Below the pieces are notes generated by a model that saw only the letters and a program-made list of their open reading frames with translations, searched no databases and had not been told where the DNA came from. The position numbers and the translations under genes are program-made. This document shows, piece by piece, positions 40,201 through 52,749 of a stretch of 64,000 nucleotides of DNA (positions are counted from its first letter, which is position 1; each line of letters starts with the position of its first letter). This DNA comes from Sphagnum compactum (lineage: Eukaryota), in contig OZ234494.1 in assembly GCA_965153455.1 (NCBI GenBank), positions 3,720,001 to 3,784,000 on the forward strand, read 5' to 3'.

Positions 40201-42310
40201 CCACCACTCTCTACTTCATGAACTTGTAGCAGTATGGGAATTTCTGCATAGTTTGTAGATTTAAGGATGGCTTGCCTTTTTTTCTCTGCATCAGAAACCC
40301 ACTTAAGCCAATCAGCATAGTCATCTGTGTCTATTATTTCTTCTTCAATAAACCCATCAACCTATTCTTACAGTATCAGTTGTAGAATCTGTTATGGTCC
40401 TTTTAACAACACCAAATCTTCAAATTCAGTATCCCCAAATTCATTCTCATCACCAATCAGTTCAACTGGTTGATTCCCTTCATCACAATGTTCACTATTA
40501 TCCGTATCAGTGTCTGAGTCTGACACAGGCGCATCCACTCCTTTGGACATGACGGGATCGTACTGATATGGATTCCTAATAGTCATGTCCAAGTCACTAC
40601 TAATATGTGTGCTCTCCAAAGCAATAGTAACATCTTGCATTAGAGTTTCTGAATTCATTCTTTGCAGCATATTTACCATAGTTAATGGTAATACCTCCAC
40701 ATTGGCCCCTAGACCATGCCTTACTTGGATTAAACCCCGTTCCACATCCATGATTACACCAATTTCTACTAAAAAATCCAATCCAAGCAGTACGTCATAA
40801 CTGTCTGTATCTACCACCATAAAGGTCATGGTGCACTATACACCTCCAACCTTAACAAGTACTTCATCAATTTTACCCATATATTGTGTAACGATTCCAG
40901 ATGCGGTTTGTAAGTTTCAAATCTAGCAATTAAATGCATTATGCCCAATTCTCTAATTACTTCAATAACCATGACAGACATGGATGCTCTAGTATCCACC
41001 AGGCCTTCCACCACATAGTTATTTATCTGTACAAGCAAATGGAGGGTCTTGCTTCAATGTGTTTTGTTGAAGCAAATCCTCTTGAATGTTGGAGCTGCTA
41101 AAACCATAGACACCTGATTGTCCATTACCTCTGAATCTTTCTTTTGTTTAGCCAATCTTATTAGACTCTCAAGTTGTTCTAGTTCCCTTGGTATCATAAG
41201 GATTGTCTCCATGGGTGAAAGGGAAATCTTCCCTTTAATGAAGTGGGAAAGAATCTTAGACCTGACTGAGGTTTCTCGATTCACTCTTGTCCCCTCTCCT
41301 GCAACTTCAAGAGTCAGTATAACGCCACTTGGTGCTACTTCAACAAGTATATTCCTTTTAGGTACTCGAGTGTAAGAGAAGAGATTTTCATTTCCGTATA
41401 GCTTGTTAAGTTGTTACATGGTTGCCTCCTCATCATTCAGCAATACCTCCAGAAAGTTTGCTGCTCCAGAGTGGGACTTCCCATCCTTGGGTTTCTTCCA
41501 ACACTTGTCCTTCGAATGACCTAGACCTGAATAGAAAGAGCATTTTATCCCACAATTTTTTGTCCTATGAAACATGCCACACTTGGCACATTTTGGCCGT
41601 GGCTCATTGAATCTCGAACAGGGGGTGGCTAGATGGTCTCCTCCCTTATAGATCTAACATCCCCCGAACATGGTGGAAGAGGATGATGCATCAAGATTGG
41701 GCACACTCCCCTTGAAAAAATTGATAAGTATGTTGTTCAAAGTTGTAACCTGGTTTTCCATCATGGTCTTTGAAACTCCCTCTTCTTGTTCATCTTTCAA
41801 CAGTTCATATGGTGATTCTCCGAATTCTCCCAACACCCTTTCCAGTCCTGTCATAGCTCCGACCAATTTTTCAATGTTAGTAAAAGTTCTTACCACACAC
41901 AACTTTTGAATTTTTGGCCTCAACCTTGCCAAAAATCTTCGTCTCTGCTCAGCATCCTGTATCCTACCCCTCTTAAAGAACTCATCAAGGCGTTCAAAGT
42001 ATTTTTGAACCCTCTCCTTGGGCTCCTGTTTGATGGCATCAAGTTTCATTCTAACGTCATCGGCATCAACATCCCCATATTTCTATGTTATCAGAATCTG
42101 CAGTTCAGTCTAATTAGTTGGTGCTAGTTGTAGCCTTCTTAACCATTCCTTGGCCCACCTTCTCAAATTCAACTTTGCAATTTTGAATAGTTTGTCTGCA
42201 TTCAAATCTCGCACTTCCGTAGCCATAGTAAGTCTTTCTGCCCAATCATTGACATCTTCATGCTCTCTTCCCCAGAATAATTTATCTATACCTTGCGGGC
42301 TAGTCATACT
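37214..42310 (-). pseudogene. Fragmented gag-pol polyprotein of the Gypsy element
   Basis: gag (FWGREHEDVNDWAERL; IKQEPKERVQKYFERL); protease VEGLVDTRAS..DVLLGLDFL; RT KKDGSRHFCGDYRPLN..VMPFGLKNA..FVDDL; RNase H FCLDVDWSPKGVGAIL..ERECY..IDHKP; integrase H(EDLG)H..CQQC and VALDIAGP..IDYYSKW..TDNGGEW. Confidence 0.92.
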
Positions 42311-42638
42311 ACAACTTCCAATTTTAATCTCAATGTAATCTGTTGTAAATCCACTAGTTCCACTTCTCCTGGATCAAGTGGTTGTCCACATCCTGTTGCA
42401 ATCTACTTTGATACTACATCTAGTATTTGTGCACCTTGCATCCTATCTTGAGTTGAGTTTTAAAAAAAGACCCAGGTCTAGAAATAGTATTCACTGGATT
42501 AGATAGGTACCCATTGCTATTTATTAGATCCTGCACTGGCCTTCAACTACAATGTTGATTGGTAAGAAAACCCAACATGAATCATGTTAAAAACATCATA
42601 CCCTGCTTCTGCCTCAAGGTGGTCACACCCATGATTGA

Positions 42639-43079
42639 GATGAGGTCTAAAGCAAAGTTGTAACCCTCGTTGAGAGCTTTCCAACGGTATGTCGAATGCC
42701 ATTTGCACGCAAGGAAATCAGGTCGATTCCCAACTTTCAGTGGTTGGAAGTCAAATTGCCAATTTGACTCCCGGCCCTTCTTTTGGCCATAACTTGTGTT
42801 TCAAATGTCCAAATGGGTCATGCAAGCCCATTTTAGACATCTAAATTCCAAGAGCTTTTCAATGATATAAAGAACTCCTCAATCCATTGGGTTTTGACCC
42901 CTGCAATTGCTCTCTAAACATTCGGGAGTCCACTGGGACTCCAACTCCCAAAGTGGGAGTTCCCTTGGGAGTGTGAGGGTCTATTCCTTCACACTCTCTT
43001 GCACTCTCGGGTTTCCCTCTTGGCTCGCAACCTTGCAACCCCTTGCCTTGGTCATGAGCCCAAGGCTAGGGTTGCGATA
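42639..43079 (-). mobile_element. Nested fragment of a second repeat family (probably an LTR) inside the Gypsy leader/gag region
   Basis: Abrupt GC-richer block whose minus-strand start TATCGCAACCCTAGCCTTGGGCTC..CAAGGCAAGGGGTTGCAAGG resembles an abundant Sphagnum TGTCGCAACCCT-type repeat (from memory); no similarity to the host LTRs. Confidence 0.55.
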
Positions 43080-43400
43080 ATTTCTTATCCTCATCGAAAC
43101 CTAAGCACGGGTGTAGAAACCATTATGGGCTAATTTCCATTGCAAACATCCCCAATCCGAGCTTCATCAGGATTTACACCCACAATAATCACTATGCCAA
43201 ATCCCAACATTTGTAGAATTAGGGTTTTTAATTAAGGTCCGTCCTGCCTTCTCAGATAATCAAACTTGACAACTATTCATGGATTTCCTGTGTAACATCA
43301 TTTATTCCAATCTCATTATCACTAGATGATGATATATTGTCCTAATTATCTTCATAATCCAACTGTATGGGAGATTCAACATTGTAACAAAACACAACAT

Positions 43401-43413
43401 GGCTCTGATACCA
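43401..43413 (-). other. Primer-binding site complementary to initiator tRNA-Met
   Basis: Plus strand ggctctgatacca = minus strand TGGTATCAGAGCC, abutting the 5' LTR. Confidence 0.9.
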
Positions 43414-43974
43414 AAAGAAAGGGGAAGGTTAAAAGAACAAAGTCTGATGCGTATGAAACTTCCAAACAAAGTCAGAAACACTGGAATTCTATAATTAATT
43501 CCATCACTTGCATTGTAACCCATTGTCAGTTAAAAATTCTACTGGATTCTACTGATTCTAACAAAACCAAGTCCTGTATATGTAGATTACCAATCTGTCA
43601 CGGTTGTGTGAGTCTCCTCACACTTGCCATAGTGGCCATATACAATCGGCTGCTAAGTACTAATCCATATCACTAAAAATCTAGAGCCTATTGAGGTATG
43701 GCTTGAGGTCAGAACTTTCAAGGTTCTTTCAGTCCATATGAGCTACTAACCTTTTTTCCCACTAATGCAACAATGCAACATATCATCAAATCCCTCATCT
43801 GACAAACCCTAAATCTTGTAGATATTTGGATATGCATGTTCTAATCGTGGCATGAGCAATATCTACCAAGGTCACTTAGAACCACTCAAGAAGACAAATT
43901 CTTGTGCAAGAATGGGCTACAAATATATTTCTCAGAGTTCCCCCACTCCTATTCTCATTCATCTCTTTCTGCCA
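43414..43974 (-). repeat. 5' LTR of the Gypsy element (truncated)
   Basis: Colinear with 35936-36549; homology stops abruptly at ..ttctgcca; no TSD match to the left flank. Confidence 0.85.
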
Positions 43975-45080
43975 ATTTTTAACATGAACCATAATAAAAT
44001 AATATGAAGAAAATTTTAAAATTTTTAAGAGATTTTTTCAAAGATTTTTTCAAAAATATTCCAAGAATATTTTAGGAATGTTTCCCCAAAAGCAATCACA
44101 AAAGTAGTCAAAAAGTAGGCAAGTGTGGCTCATGTTATCCTATTTGCACCTAATTATAATAATTCAAGAAACTAACTTTAGGTTTTAGCAAAATAAAGTT
44201 TAAATTATTGTCACCATGCAAAGTTGCAACTTGAAACACTAATGAGTCATTAATCACTACCAGATCCTATGCAATCCCATTGCATTTAAAGTGCTAACAA
44301 ATTTTAATTAGGTTTGTGTCACAAGATGCTAGCAAGGTTGAAATTGAACTATATCACGAGTGCTAATGAATTATTTGGAGAGATGCAAGGTGCGATAACA
44401 AAAATCTTATTGGATAAGATTATTGTTTTGGCAAATTTTTCTTGATTTAGATAAAAACTATAGTGAAAAAAATGTTTAGGGTTTCTGTGAGGTGGTGATG
44501 TCGCTAACTTTAAATAGATAGATTAGGCGAATTACTATAATTTTTTTCCGTTAATTTTACAATAGGGTTGTCACAAGGCCTTTTCCTCTGTCATTGGAAA
44601 TTTTTCACCCAAAAAAAAACGGTTGATTAGATGTGGTAACATTGATATAGAGTCCAGGTTTAATTATGGGGCTTGGGTGGAGATTAGGTTATGTGTGTAC
44701 ATAGTTTGGAGGTTGGAGATTAAGAATCAAAGGTTTGAGTTCAGATAAGTAAATATTGAATCAAAATTGGGTTTGATTTGTGAAATCATAATCAAAATTA
44801 GAACTAAGGTTTCCAAAATTTTAGGAACCAAAACCAAGGTTCCTAGTTTTTTTAAAAACTTGAATTGAAATAGGAGCTATTGATGGTGGAAGATGGAGTT
44901 ACATTTATTATATTGTTGATGAAACTTTGGGAGGTGGAGAAGGAAGACTGGTGCCATTGTTGATATAAAGAGGAGAAAGAAATAGTTGAAGGTAAACATA
45001 AGAACTAAGAGCTAAGTTATCAACCTAGTTGTGTGTGAAGTTTTAGTTTGTCTACTACATTTGTTGAATTTTCTTCCATT

Positions 45081-45388
45081 CATCACAAACTTAACATCTC
45101 ATGATTTAGAAATGAAAATCATGTAACATTAGTTCATTCATAATTCGTACATTTCACACATTGATATTGTGCATTGAAAACACATTTGACACACAGATTT
45201 ATTGAAAGATGCGAAATTTGTATGATATTCGTTCATTTATAGGTTCTTGCTTCATCCGTCAACACATTTACCTAGTTGTCAAATGCGTTTTCAATGCATG
45301 ATATTCGTGTGTAAAATGTACAAACCTATGAACAAACGAACTTCACATGATTTTCATTATTAATTTGTTGCATGCTAAATTTGTGATG
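45081..45388. mobile_element. Foldback/MITE-like long inverted repeat (~110-bp arms)
   Basis: catcacaaacttaacat..aatgaaaatcatgt..gtacatttcacac..tgcattgaaaacacatttgaca mirrored by tgtcaaatgcgttttcaatgca..gtgtaaaatgtac..acatgattttcatt..atgctaaatttgtgatg. Confidence 0.75.
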
Positions 45389-46095
45389 TTGTGCTAGTAC
45401 TTATTTTGTGACAATGAATAATTTTAAATATGTTGTATAAAGAGTTAGTGGCGAGATATGATGAGGAAACAAAGTGGTCCAAGCTATAGATAATTGAGCA
45501 TGTAAAACTTTAAAAATTATGCATTTGTTGGGAAACATCTATGGGTTTAAATCCAATTGTGTGGTTGGTTCTGTGGATTGGTGAACATGAGAAACCTCTC
45601 TAGGGTATCTTTGAGTTGGAATAGATGATGAAAAGAAAGTCAGATCAAGACCACTCTTTAAAAAGTTGAATCTTTATCCTGGGTATGTATGAACATAGCT
45701 AACTTGTAGTGGTTTTGCATAACCTTGTGATTACGGCATGTGATTCCCATATGCATTGAAGCTATGATACGGTTGAATTGCAGTATGGAAGTAAAAGGAG
45801 ATTAATGTTTTGGGGGCATTGACACATGGAACCTAAGTTGATGCATTGCATAGTAAAGGATGGAATTTAGCAGCTCAAAGGATTGAATGGACATTGAAAG
45901 ATAGGATCTCTAGCTAGACTTCTAGAAAGTAGGATTTGTTGTTTTTCTCAGACAAGAAGTGTATCAGGCCTGTTGATGGCTATAGAATGATTCTCAACTC
46001 GTGCCCTATGGGAAGGGTTAGCAGGATCTGAGTCTAGACTATCAGACATTCAACTACAATAATACCTACCAATGCAACCAGCAAGTGGTCACGAG

Positions 46096-46155
46096 ATGCT
46101 AGAGGTTGAGATTGTACTAATGATTGCATTAGTACATTCTCAACCTCTGCAGCAT
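46096..46155. other. Short near-perfect hairpin
   Basis: agaggttgagattgtactaatg-attg-cattagtacattctcaacctct: 22-bp stem with one mismatch and a 4-nt loop; extended by atgct/agcat. Confidence 0.8.
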
Positions 46156-46429
46156 TTCAATGCTGCCCACCAGGGAATTTTTTTCCAGTTTTGTGGTTTC
46201 TAAAGTTTGGCAAATGTTTCCAAATTTTTATCAAATTTTCGAATTTGCACTTTTTCTTTTTCCAGTTTCTTTTGTTGCTACGGTTCAAAAATTTGCCTCA
46301 CATGAAGCTGCAACATATTGGACCTGGTGTGTTAGGTATGGTACAGATTCTTTCTTTTTGCATGGGGAGATACTCATTGTCCAAATTCTTTTGGAAGAAC
46401 AAACAATAACAGTTTGTGTTAGCATTTTA

Positions 46430-46702
46430 GAGTGTCTCCAGCCGTGCTCAGTATGTGAGCCTTGCAAAAATATTTTTCACATGCAAGTTTAGTTATTTAT
46501 TTTTTCCAACCCCATCTGTAAAACTAAAACTGGAACTGCAAATATGTGGGAGACCACTAATAGCAACCCACCTGGACCAATCAAACTATCTCGCCAATCA
46601 ACAGCAGCATCTCTAGCAAAAATGCAGGGCCAAAACCAATTTGCTCTGCTTCATCCAATTTTCTTTTGCAGGGTCACATACTGAGCACTGGTGGAGCTGC
46701 TC
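46430..46702. mobile_element. Tourist (PIF/Harbinger) MITE
   Basis: ~35-bp TIR gagtgtctccagccgtgctcagtatgtga / tcacatactgagcactggtggagctgctc; TTA TSD at 46427-46429 and 46703-46705. Confidence 0.85.
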
Positions 46703-46994
46703 TTAGTCTAGATCTGCATGTTCATCAATTTACTAGCAATTGTTCCAGCAGTCCCAAAGCTCAAAACAGATGAAGTCCAGGACATTCATAACAGCTGCAC
46801 AATCAGTAGGTTGTCACATGTTGCATGTTGTCTCGTCCTCACTCATCTTTACCACCCACTTCTCCACTTCATTGTTAGAATACCATTTGTTTTTACAAAA
46901 GCCTGTTGGTGAGAATTTGGTGAACGTGCTCAGAAGTGATGTTTCTTCATATTGTGGAGTGTCATTATTGAACAGAATTGCAAAGAGGAGAACA

Positions 46995-48480
46995 ATGGGG
47001 CCCAAGAACATGCTTACTCAGAAGCTGGAACAGGGTAGCACCTTGCTGAAAGCCATGAAAGCACTAATGTTTATATCAAGCATAACGGGTGTCAATAGCA
47101 GAACCTTCAGACCCTCTTATGATGTGGGTGAGGTAGCTTCACACATACAACACAGTGAGCATCTGGCCAGTTCTATGGCATCTCCACAGAATCGCCCACA
47201 GTTTCTTTCCTCTCTCACAATGGGAGGCATGGTGATCTGCAATGCATGTTTCCAGCACCCAATTCCAAAGCTATACCATGGTTCTGGTCAGTATTCAAAT
47301 ACCTTTCACACATTCACTAGACAATTATGTTGTAAGGATGTACTTGGGTCTCTATGGCTTTGAAGTATACAGTTTTCTGCTTGAAGTATAGCTAATCTAA
47401 GGAACTTTTCTGAGGTTCTTCCTTGGGTTTCAGGACCAGTCTTGCCCTCCGTTGGGCCCTCAAACCCAGGAAGCTGAGCCAAAGAGAAGTTCATTACCTT
47501 ATGTAAAGAACTTTTAAAATTTAGAATCTTATGAAAATAGACAGGTTTTTGAGAATCATATTGAGATTGGAATGGTTTGTTTGTGGTTTTCAAAGGGAAA
47601 TTCAATGAGAGGAGGAGACTGATATGAACAGTGAATTATTTTTTGAGTTCTTTGTGAACAAGGAAGGTTTCATGATTTTTGTTTAGTATGGTTTATTACA
47701 GGCACAAAACTGGATTTGCAATGTGATGGCAGAAGGGAAACATTTGCTACTGCAGAATTGGTACGGGTTAGGATTGATTACAATGGCAGATTTCTGATGA
47801 GCCTCACCAATATCCACTTTACTCCTGGAATCCAAGGCTGTCTAGTTACCCTACTTCAAATCCATAATTCAGAAATGAACAAGTTCATCAGTCTCATGGG
47901 CGTCTCACACATAGCCGTAAATGTTACTTCTTTTATAACCCAGAACTATAACAATGGAAAATCTTTCCATGACTATGTAGCAAGGATTTGGAGTCAGATG
48001 AGATACAACAAACTATTGAAGTCACAAGCTGATCATGCTAATTTCTACCAAATGCTTGGCCAGAAAAATACTAACATCGATGGGCACACCATGGTACAAT
48101 GTTATAAGATTACAATGAAAAACACTAGTGGGATGCAACTGCTCAATACTATTAGCGCATTCCATCACCAAAAGCAAAGAACATATGTGTATCACCATTG
48201 GGCCATCTATGATATGACTATCTCAAAGAGTCGGGGATCCACAAAACTTGTGTACCGAAACTCTCCAAATTGGCCTAATCCCTTCCTTCGTCAGACACCT
48301 GGTGTAGTTCATACTCCTCCTTTTATCACACCTTTTCCTTATATGCCTGCTATGGCACCAGCACCTTTGGTACTAATACCCGCTAGTTTGAATATTGATG
48401 GACCATATGCCGGTCCACCTATAAAAGCTCCTCCTCCCCCATTCACTGTTGGACCTCCACCGTGGGCTAGCCCTCCCTGA
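46995..48480 (+). CDS. Divergent Pollen Ole e 1 allergen/extensin-family protein with Pro-rich tail, ~356 aa, 2 exons, probably secreted
   Basis: Exon 1 46995-47286 (aacaATGG; hydrophobic LLKAMKALMFISSITGVNS; MGGMVICNAC matching V.G.VYCD.C). Phase-1 intron 47287-47701 (G|gtcagt..ttacag|GC). Exon 2 47702-48480 GTKLDLQC..IDYNGRFLMSL..GCLVTLL matches GA.V.L.C..TD.NG.F.I.L..C.V.L; ends in PPFITPFPYMPAMAPAP..PPPPFTVGPPPWASPP. Confidence 0.7.
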
Positions 48481-51400
48481 GGTCCTTAGCTCCTCTAGCT
48501 GAAATCTTTGTGAGTGAAGTATACGTTCTCACACAGATTCTTTTCACAATGCAATGGTGAAACATGTGTTGAACTGATCATATATTTTGTGAAGTGCTCT
48601 CATTGTCGAAATGCTAACTTCATTTGAGAGCCAGGGTGAAGTATGAGAGGAATTTTATCAAGGGATTTATCTTCTGTAAATAGACAATTCCATCAAAGCA
48701 AAGTGGTCCAAAATATTCATATGATAAACTCTAGGCATGGGACCTGTAGTATTTATTGCCTGTGGAAATAAAAGCTTAAGTTCCACTATTAATATAGAAT
48801 TTAGAACCAAGCATATTGTGTATCAATAGATGTGTGATTATCATGTGATGGCTCCAAGTGAGGTCCTTTCCTATCATTGCAAGTTGGTATCAGGGCCTTT
48901 TTTGTGGTGAATTCTTGCCACTTGGTACCAAATGTTTTTGAATCTTTTTGCATTTAGGGTTTAAGGATCACATAAGGCTACATAAAACAACTCAAGAAAG
49001 AATATTGACTTGTATAATGTCATGAAACCTCAAATGGGCTCTTTGAATTCTTGATGCACAGCTCTTCAGAGTTCAGAGTTCAGTGTTCAGACATGCATCA
49101 CTGATGCAGAATTGTAATTTTGGGACTGAAAGGACTCCTTCGTGTGGTGATGAAGCATGAATTCACCCACTCTTCTCAATGTCTAAATTGGCACACTCTA
49201 TATAAGACATAATTATATATGAGTTAGACAAGAAATTTTCAAAACATACTTTTCTCAACATTTCTAAAAATAATATAATTTGTTCTGAAGCTGCCAAGGT
49301 CCTATGGAAGCAGCCAACTTACCAAAATTACCAATCACAAATAATGGTAATTAAAAGTTATATGACAGCTGAAATATGTGAGAAAAAAACTACAACCCAA
49401 ACGTCTCCCCTTCCCTATCAGTGCAAACAAAAAGCCTAAGCCCTGCACTGAACATGCCACGATTTTTTTGTTCCAAATCTCCTTCATTGGCAACACCATG
49501 AATTGTGTTGCTCTCCTTTCTCCCTCATTAGGGACATAGCAAAGGAAGTATGTAAGTCTCCCCCTCTCATAGAGTTATTACCTAGTAAAGCAAGCACGTA
49601 AGTCGCTCTTCTCTCTCACTCATAGGGATTAGTGAGCCCTTGTGCCATTGACCCAAGTGTGATCATGTTCAAGGTTTTAAGAGACATGACCTTTCCCAAA
49701 AATTCAATTGTGAAATTTTTATTTTTATAAGTTATAATCGATTTCCTCATTGGAAATCAATTATAAATAAAAATTTCGCAATTATAAATAATCATCAAAA
49801 AAAGTTTATCAAAAAAATTGCAAAGTGATGAAACATGCACATTGCCTGTTTGAAGGCCTTCCAGAGTTACCAAAAGTGCAATGAGGGGCTTCATGGTGTG
49901 AGAGGGTTAAGGCATCATCACAAATATAACAAAGCGCACTCAAGTTGAATTATTTTGTGTTGTCAAGATCCTGTTTTACTTACAATAAGCTTTCAAGGCC
50001 CAGAGTTTTCTCTTTTTTTTCAAAAAAGTTTTAAGATGGATTGAAGTACACACTGAGAGGGCAGATGTGACAACGTCGCACTACTCTTTGAGTGTATGTA
50101 TTATATAGTGGCTTATTTTTGGCACATAAAACACTCCATACATCTATGTTTGATATGGTTTTTGTGGTATGTGCGATCACCTGAAACACAAAGAATTCAA
50201 GCCTCAGTTCTTTTAAGATGGTTTTAAAGATCCAGGTTTTGCTGGGGCTGCATCAGTTTGGATGGTCACGTGATGTACAATATAGTTGTTTACTGTCCAT
50301 ATCAATAGCTGGAAAACCAGTTCTGAAAAACCAACTGAGTGCAACCTATAGGTTGGAATCTTAAGCTCAAATTTTTATATATGAGTTCTCAATGTGGTGG
50401 GCATGAGGGCTCTTGTTTGTGAACACAGAAACTTAGGGTTAATTTGCTTCATACTCCCATACAGATTAGATCTAGGGTAGTCACCAGATTTCAAAATTTC
50501 TGGTCTTGTAGTACTAGATTATCAGGCTCGAGTCCATGGTTGCAACATTTTGCAACTCATGGAATCTTGTGGCTACTTTACATAAGCATTCCATGAACAC
50601 CAGCTGGTTCCCAATATGTGTGCCAAGTGCAGGCTATAAGGCACTGGCCTTTAGTATGGAATTGTTGTTGGTTTTTGAATCAAATCTATGCTGCTGTTAT
50701 TTTTTTCCAGTAGTGTGTAATTGAAGATTGTTGAAACCTGTCTTGTGGGTGGCCCAGGGTTGCCATCTTCTGGAGGTTGCAAAAGTTCTTTTGGTTCAGC
50801 AGAGAAATTATGAATCCCTTTGGATTTGTTCAACAGTGAAGTGTTCAAGGGACAGTACAAATGTATTACATGTGCCATTACCTAATGTCAAATTGCTATT
50901 TTAATGTAATATAAACACCACATATTGTACATTGTAATGGATGAAGCCACAAAGTTTACCTCACAAATGTGTCATGAGCTGCGGCTTTCTCTGTGAGAGA
51001 AACCACATTCTCTTGTACTGGGGATATGAGTGAGTCAAATTTAGGTCAAGCATGTGTCTGTAAGGCACTTGCAAAGATAGTAAGCAAGAGGCAATGTATT
51101 CTAATCACTGGAATTTCAAAAAGAGAAAGTTTTTTTCACTGCTGGAGCACCTTCAAAGAGTAGCAAACTATGTGGTGCCCATTTGGGATCAGGTGGATTC
51201 TTCTTTTTTGGGGAAAGTCACTTTGTTCAAGACAAGAAGATCCAAGTCAGTTGCACCCCATGTAAGTGCCTGAACCTGTCTGCAGAACATTAGTTTGAAT
51301 CTTCTCCTTGGAATAAAATTCTGCTTTGAATCTCTCACCTGTGTGATCAACTGATTCTGCCATTGATTTGGTTTCAGCACCAACAGCACATGGAAAAATG

Positions 51401-52599
51401 ATAGCTAATGTGTGATTGGCAACCCCGAGCTGTAGTGGGTGTTTAAGTTCCTAAGCAAGAGTTACAGCTACTACAGCTGGACACTTAGATCTTTGGTTTT
51501 AATCTCAAAGAACCTCATGGGGAGCCCAACTGGCCAAATATCAAATTGTCTCAAACCATGCTTTCTCAATGACAACTTTGAAGTCATGAAGATTTAACTG
51601 GGAGCTCATGGTTTTCACGGTAAACTTGAATACTTGTTGGATGACATTGGGTGGGCTAACCAGTTCATTCAAGCAAGCCATAATTGGTGCTTGTGTTGTA
51701 CTTTGAGCTCAAGTGTCAAATTACAAGTTGGATTACTTACTGTGACCATACTAAACTGGACACTTAAGAAAGTCTTCCTGCCAAAGAACTCCAATTCAGC
51801 TCATGAACAGCAGCCCCACAAAGGATTCATACAGAAAAATTCATGTACATTAACTCAGATGCATTGCCTCATGGCTTACCCTTGTTCTTGCTGTATTGAC
51901 ATGGAACCCTATCAAAAATGGCAAACCCATGAACTCAACCACTATGTTGATAGTGATGAACAAACATCAGTCGATTGTTCTATAGTTTCACTCTTCCATT
52001 TGCTATAACGCCAAGCTTTATTCAAAATTAAGAAGATGCAGACAGTGCCTAATGTTCAGAGCAGTGTAGGGTGGATTTTAGAAATTGCACCAAACCCGCA
52101 CCAGTTATCAAGGTGATTTCTTAGGCCTATACCCAACAGGTAATGCACTTGGAAAACTTTCCTAGTATATTTGGAGGACACCTTATACACATCGATAACA
52201 CATACTCAAAAACATGAGGCACCTCGGGATCTACCTATAATTAGGCTTATGATAACATTCACCGAGTGCATTTTGGTGAGTAAGCGCATAGTGAGGACAT
52301 TCCCAAAATGGGGGGCTGAACTCAGCTATCGCCTTGATGCATAGGCCCCTAATTCATTTGCTAAAAGTAATGAACTTTTGAAGTTGAAAATTATGGACTA
52401 GTCATTTGACTAGAACATCACAAAATGGAAAAAATTATATTGATGCACATAATTAAGGACTTTTGAATGGTTAAAATTGGACCATATTTTCATAAGTCCC
52501 TATGAATTGCAATTTTTGTTTGTTTTTACCCTACCACCAAAAATGAATGATATAAATGCATTTTTCATTTTCATTTTCATCCAAATTAATATTAGTCAT

Positions 52600-52749
52600 A
52601 AGTGGTAGTTGCATATGCAACTTTAAATCACTTTGTAGTTGAATATGTGATTACAAGTCATTTTTACCATATGCCATAAAGGACAATTGCAAAAATGGTT
52701 GATTTGGACACAAATGAATTGGTTGGAATGGATAGGATTCCTTGTAGTG
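52600..52749 (-). mobile_element. CACTA terminal fragment
   Basis: Ends attccttgtagtg (minus strand CACTACAAGGAAT) with agttgc/gcaact subterminal repeats. Confidence 0.5.

Larger units (their letters stand above)
35928..43974 (-). mobile_element. Decayed Ty3/Gypsy LTR retrotransposon
   Basis: Minus-strand domain order gag-protease-RT-RNase H-integrase; direct repeats 35932-36549 and 43410-43974 (about 23 substitutions in the first ~335 bp by manual count); PBS TGGTATCAGAGCC at 43401-43413; many stops and frameshifts. Confidence 0.95.

Noticed and set aside
50500..52010. Moderately GC-rich block with short ORFs
   Set aside because: No recognisable domain or consistent exon chain in any frame I translated.
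21675..52749. One 31-kb CACTA element carrying the ERF and Ole e 1 genes
   Set aside because: The ends share CACTACAAGGAAT, but the flanks (ttt vs ggt) form no TSD and similar termini are scattered through the window.
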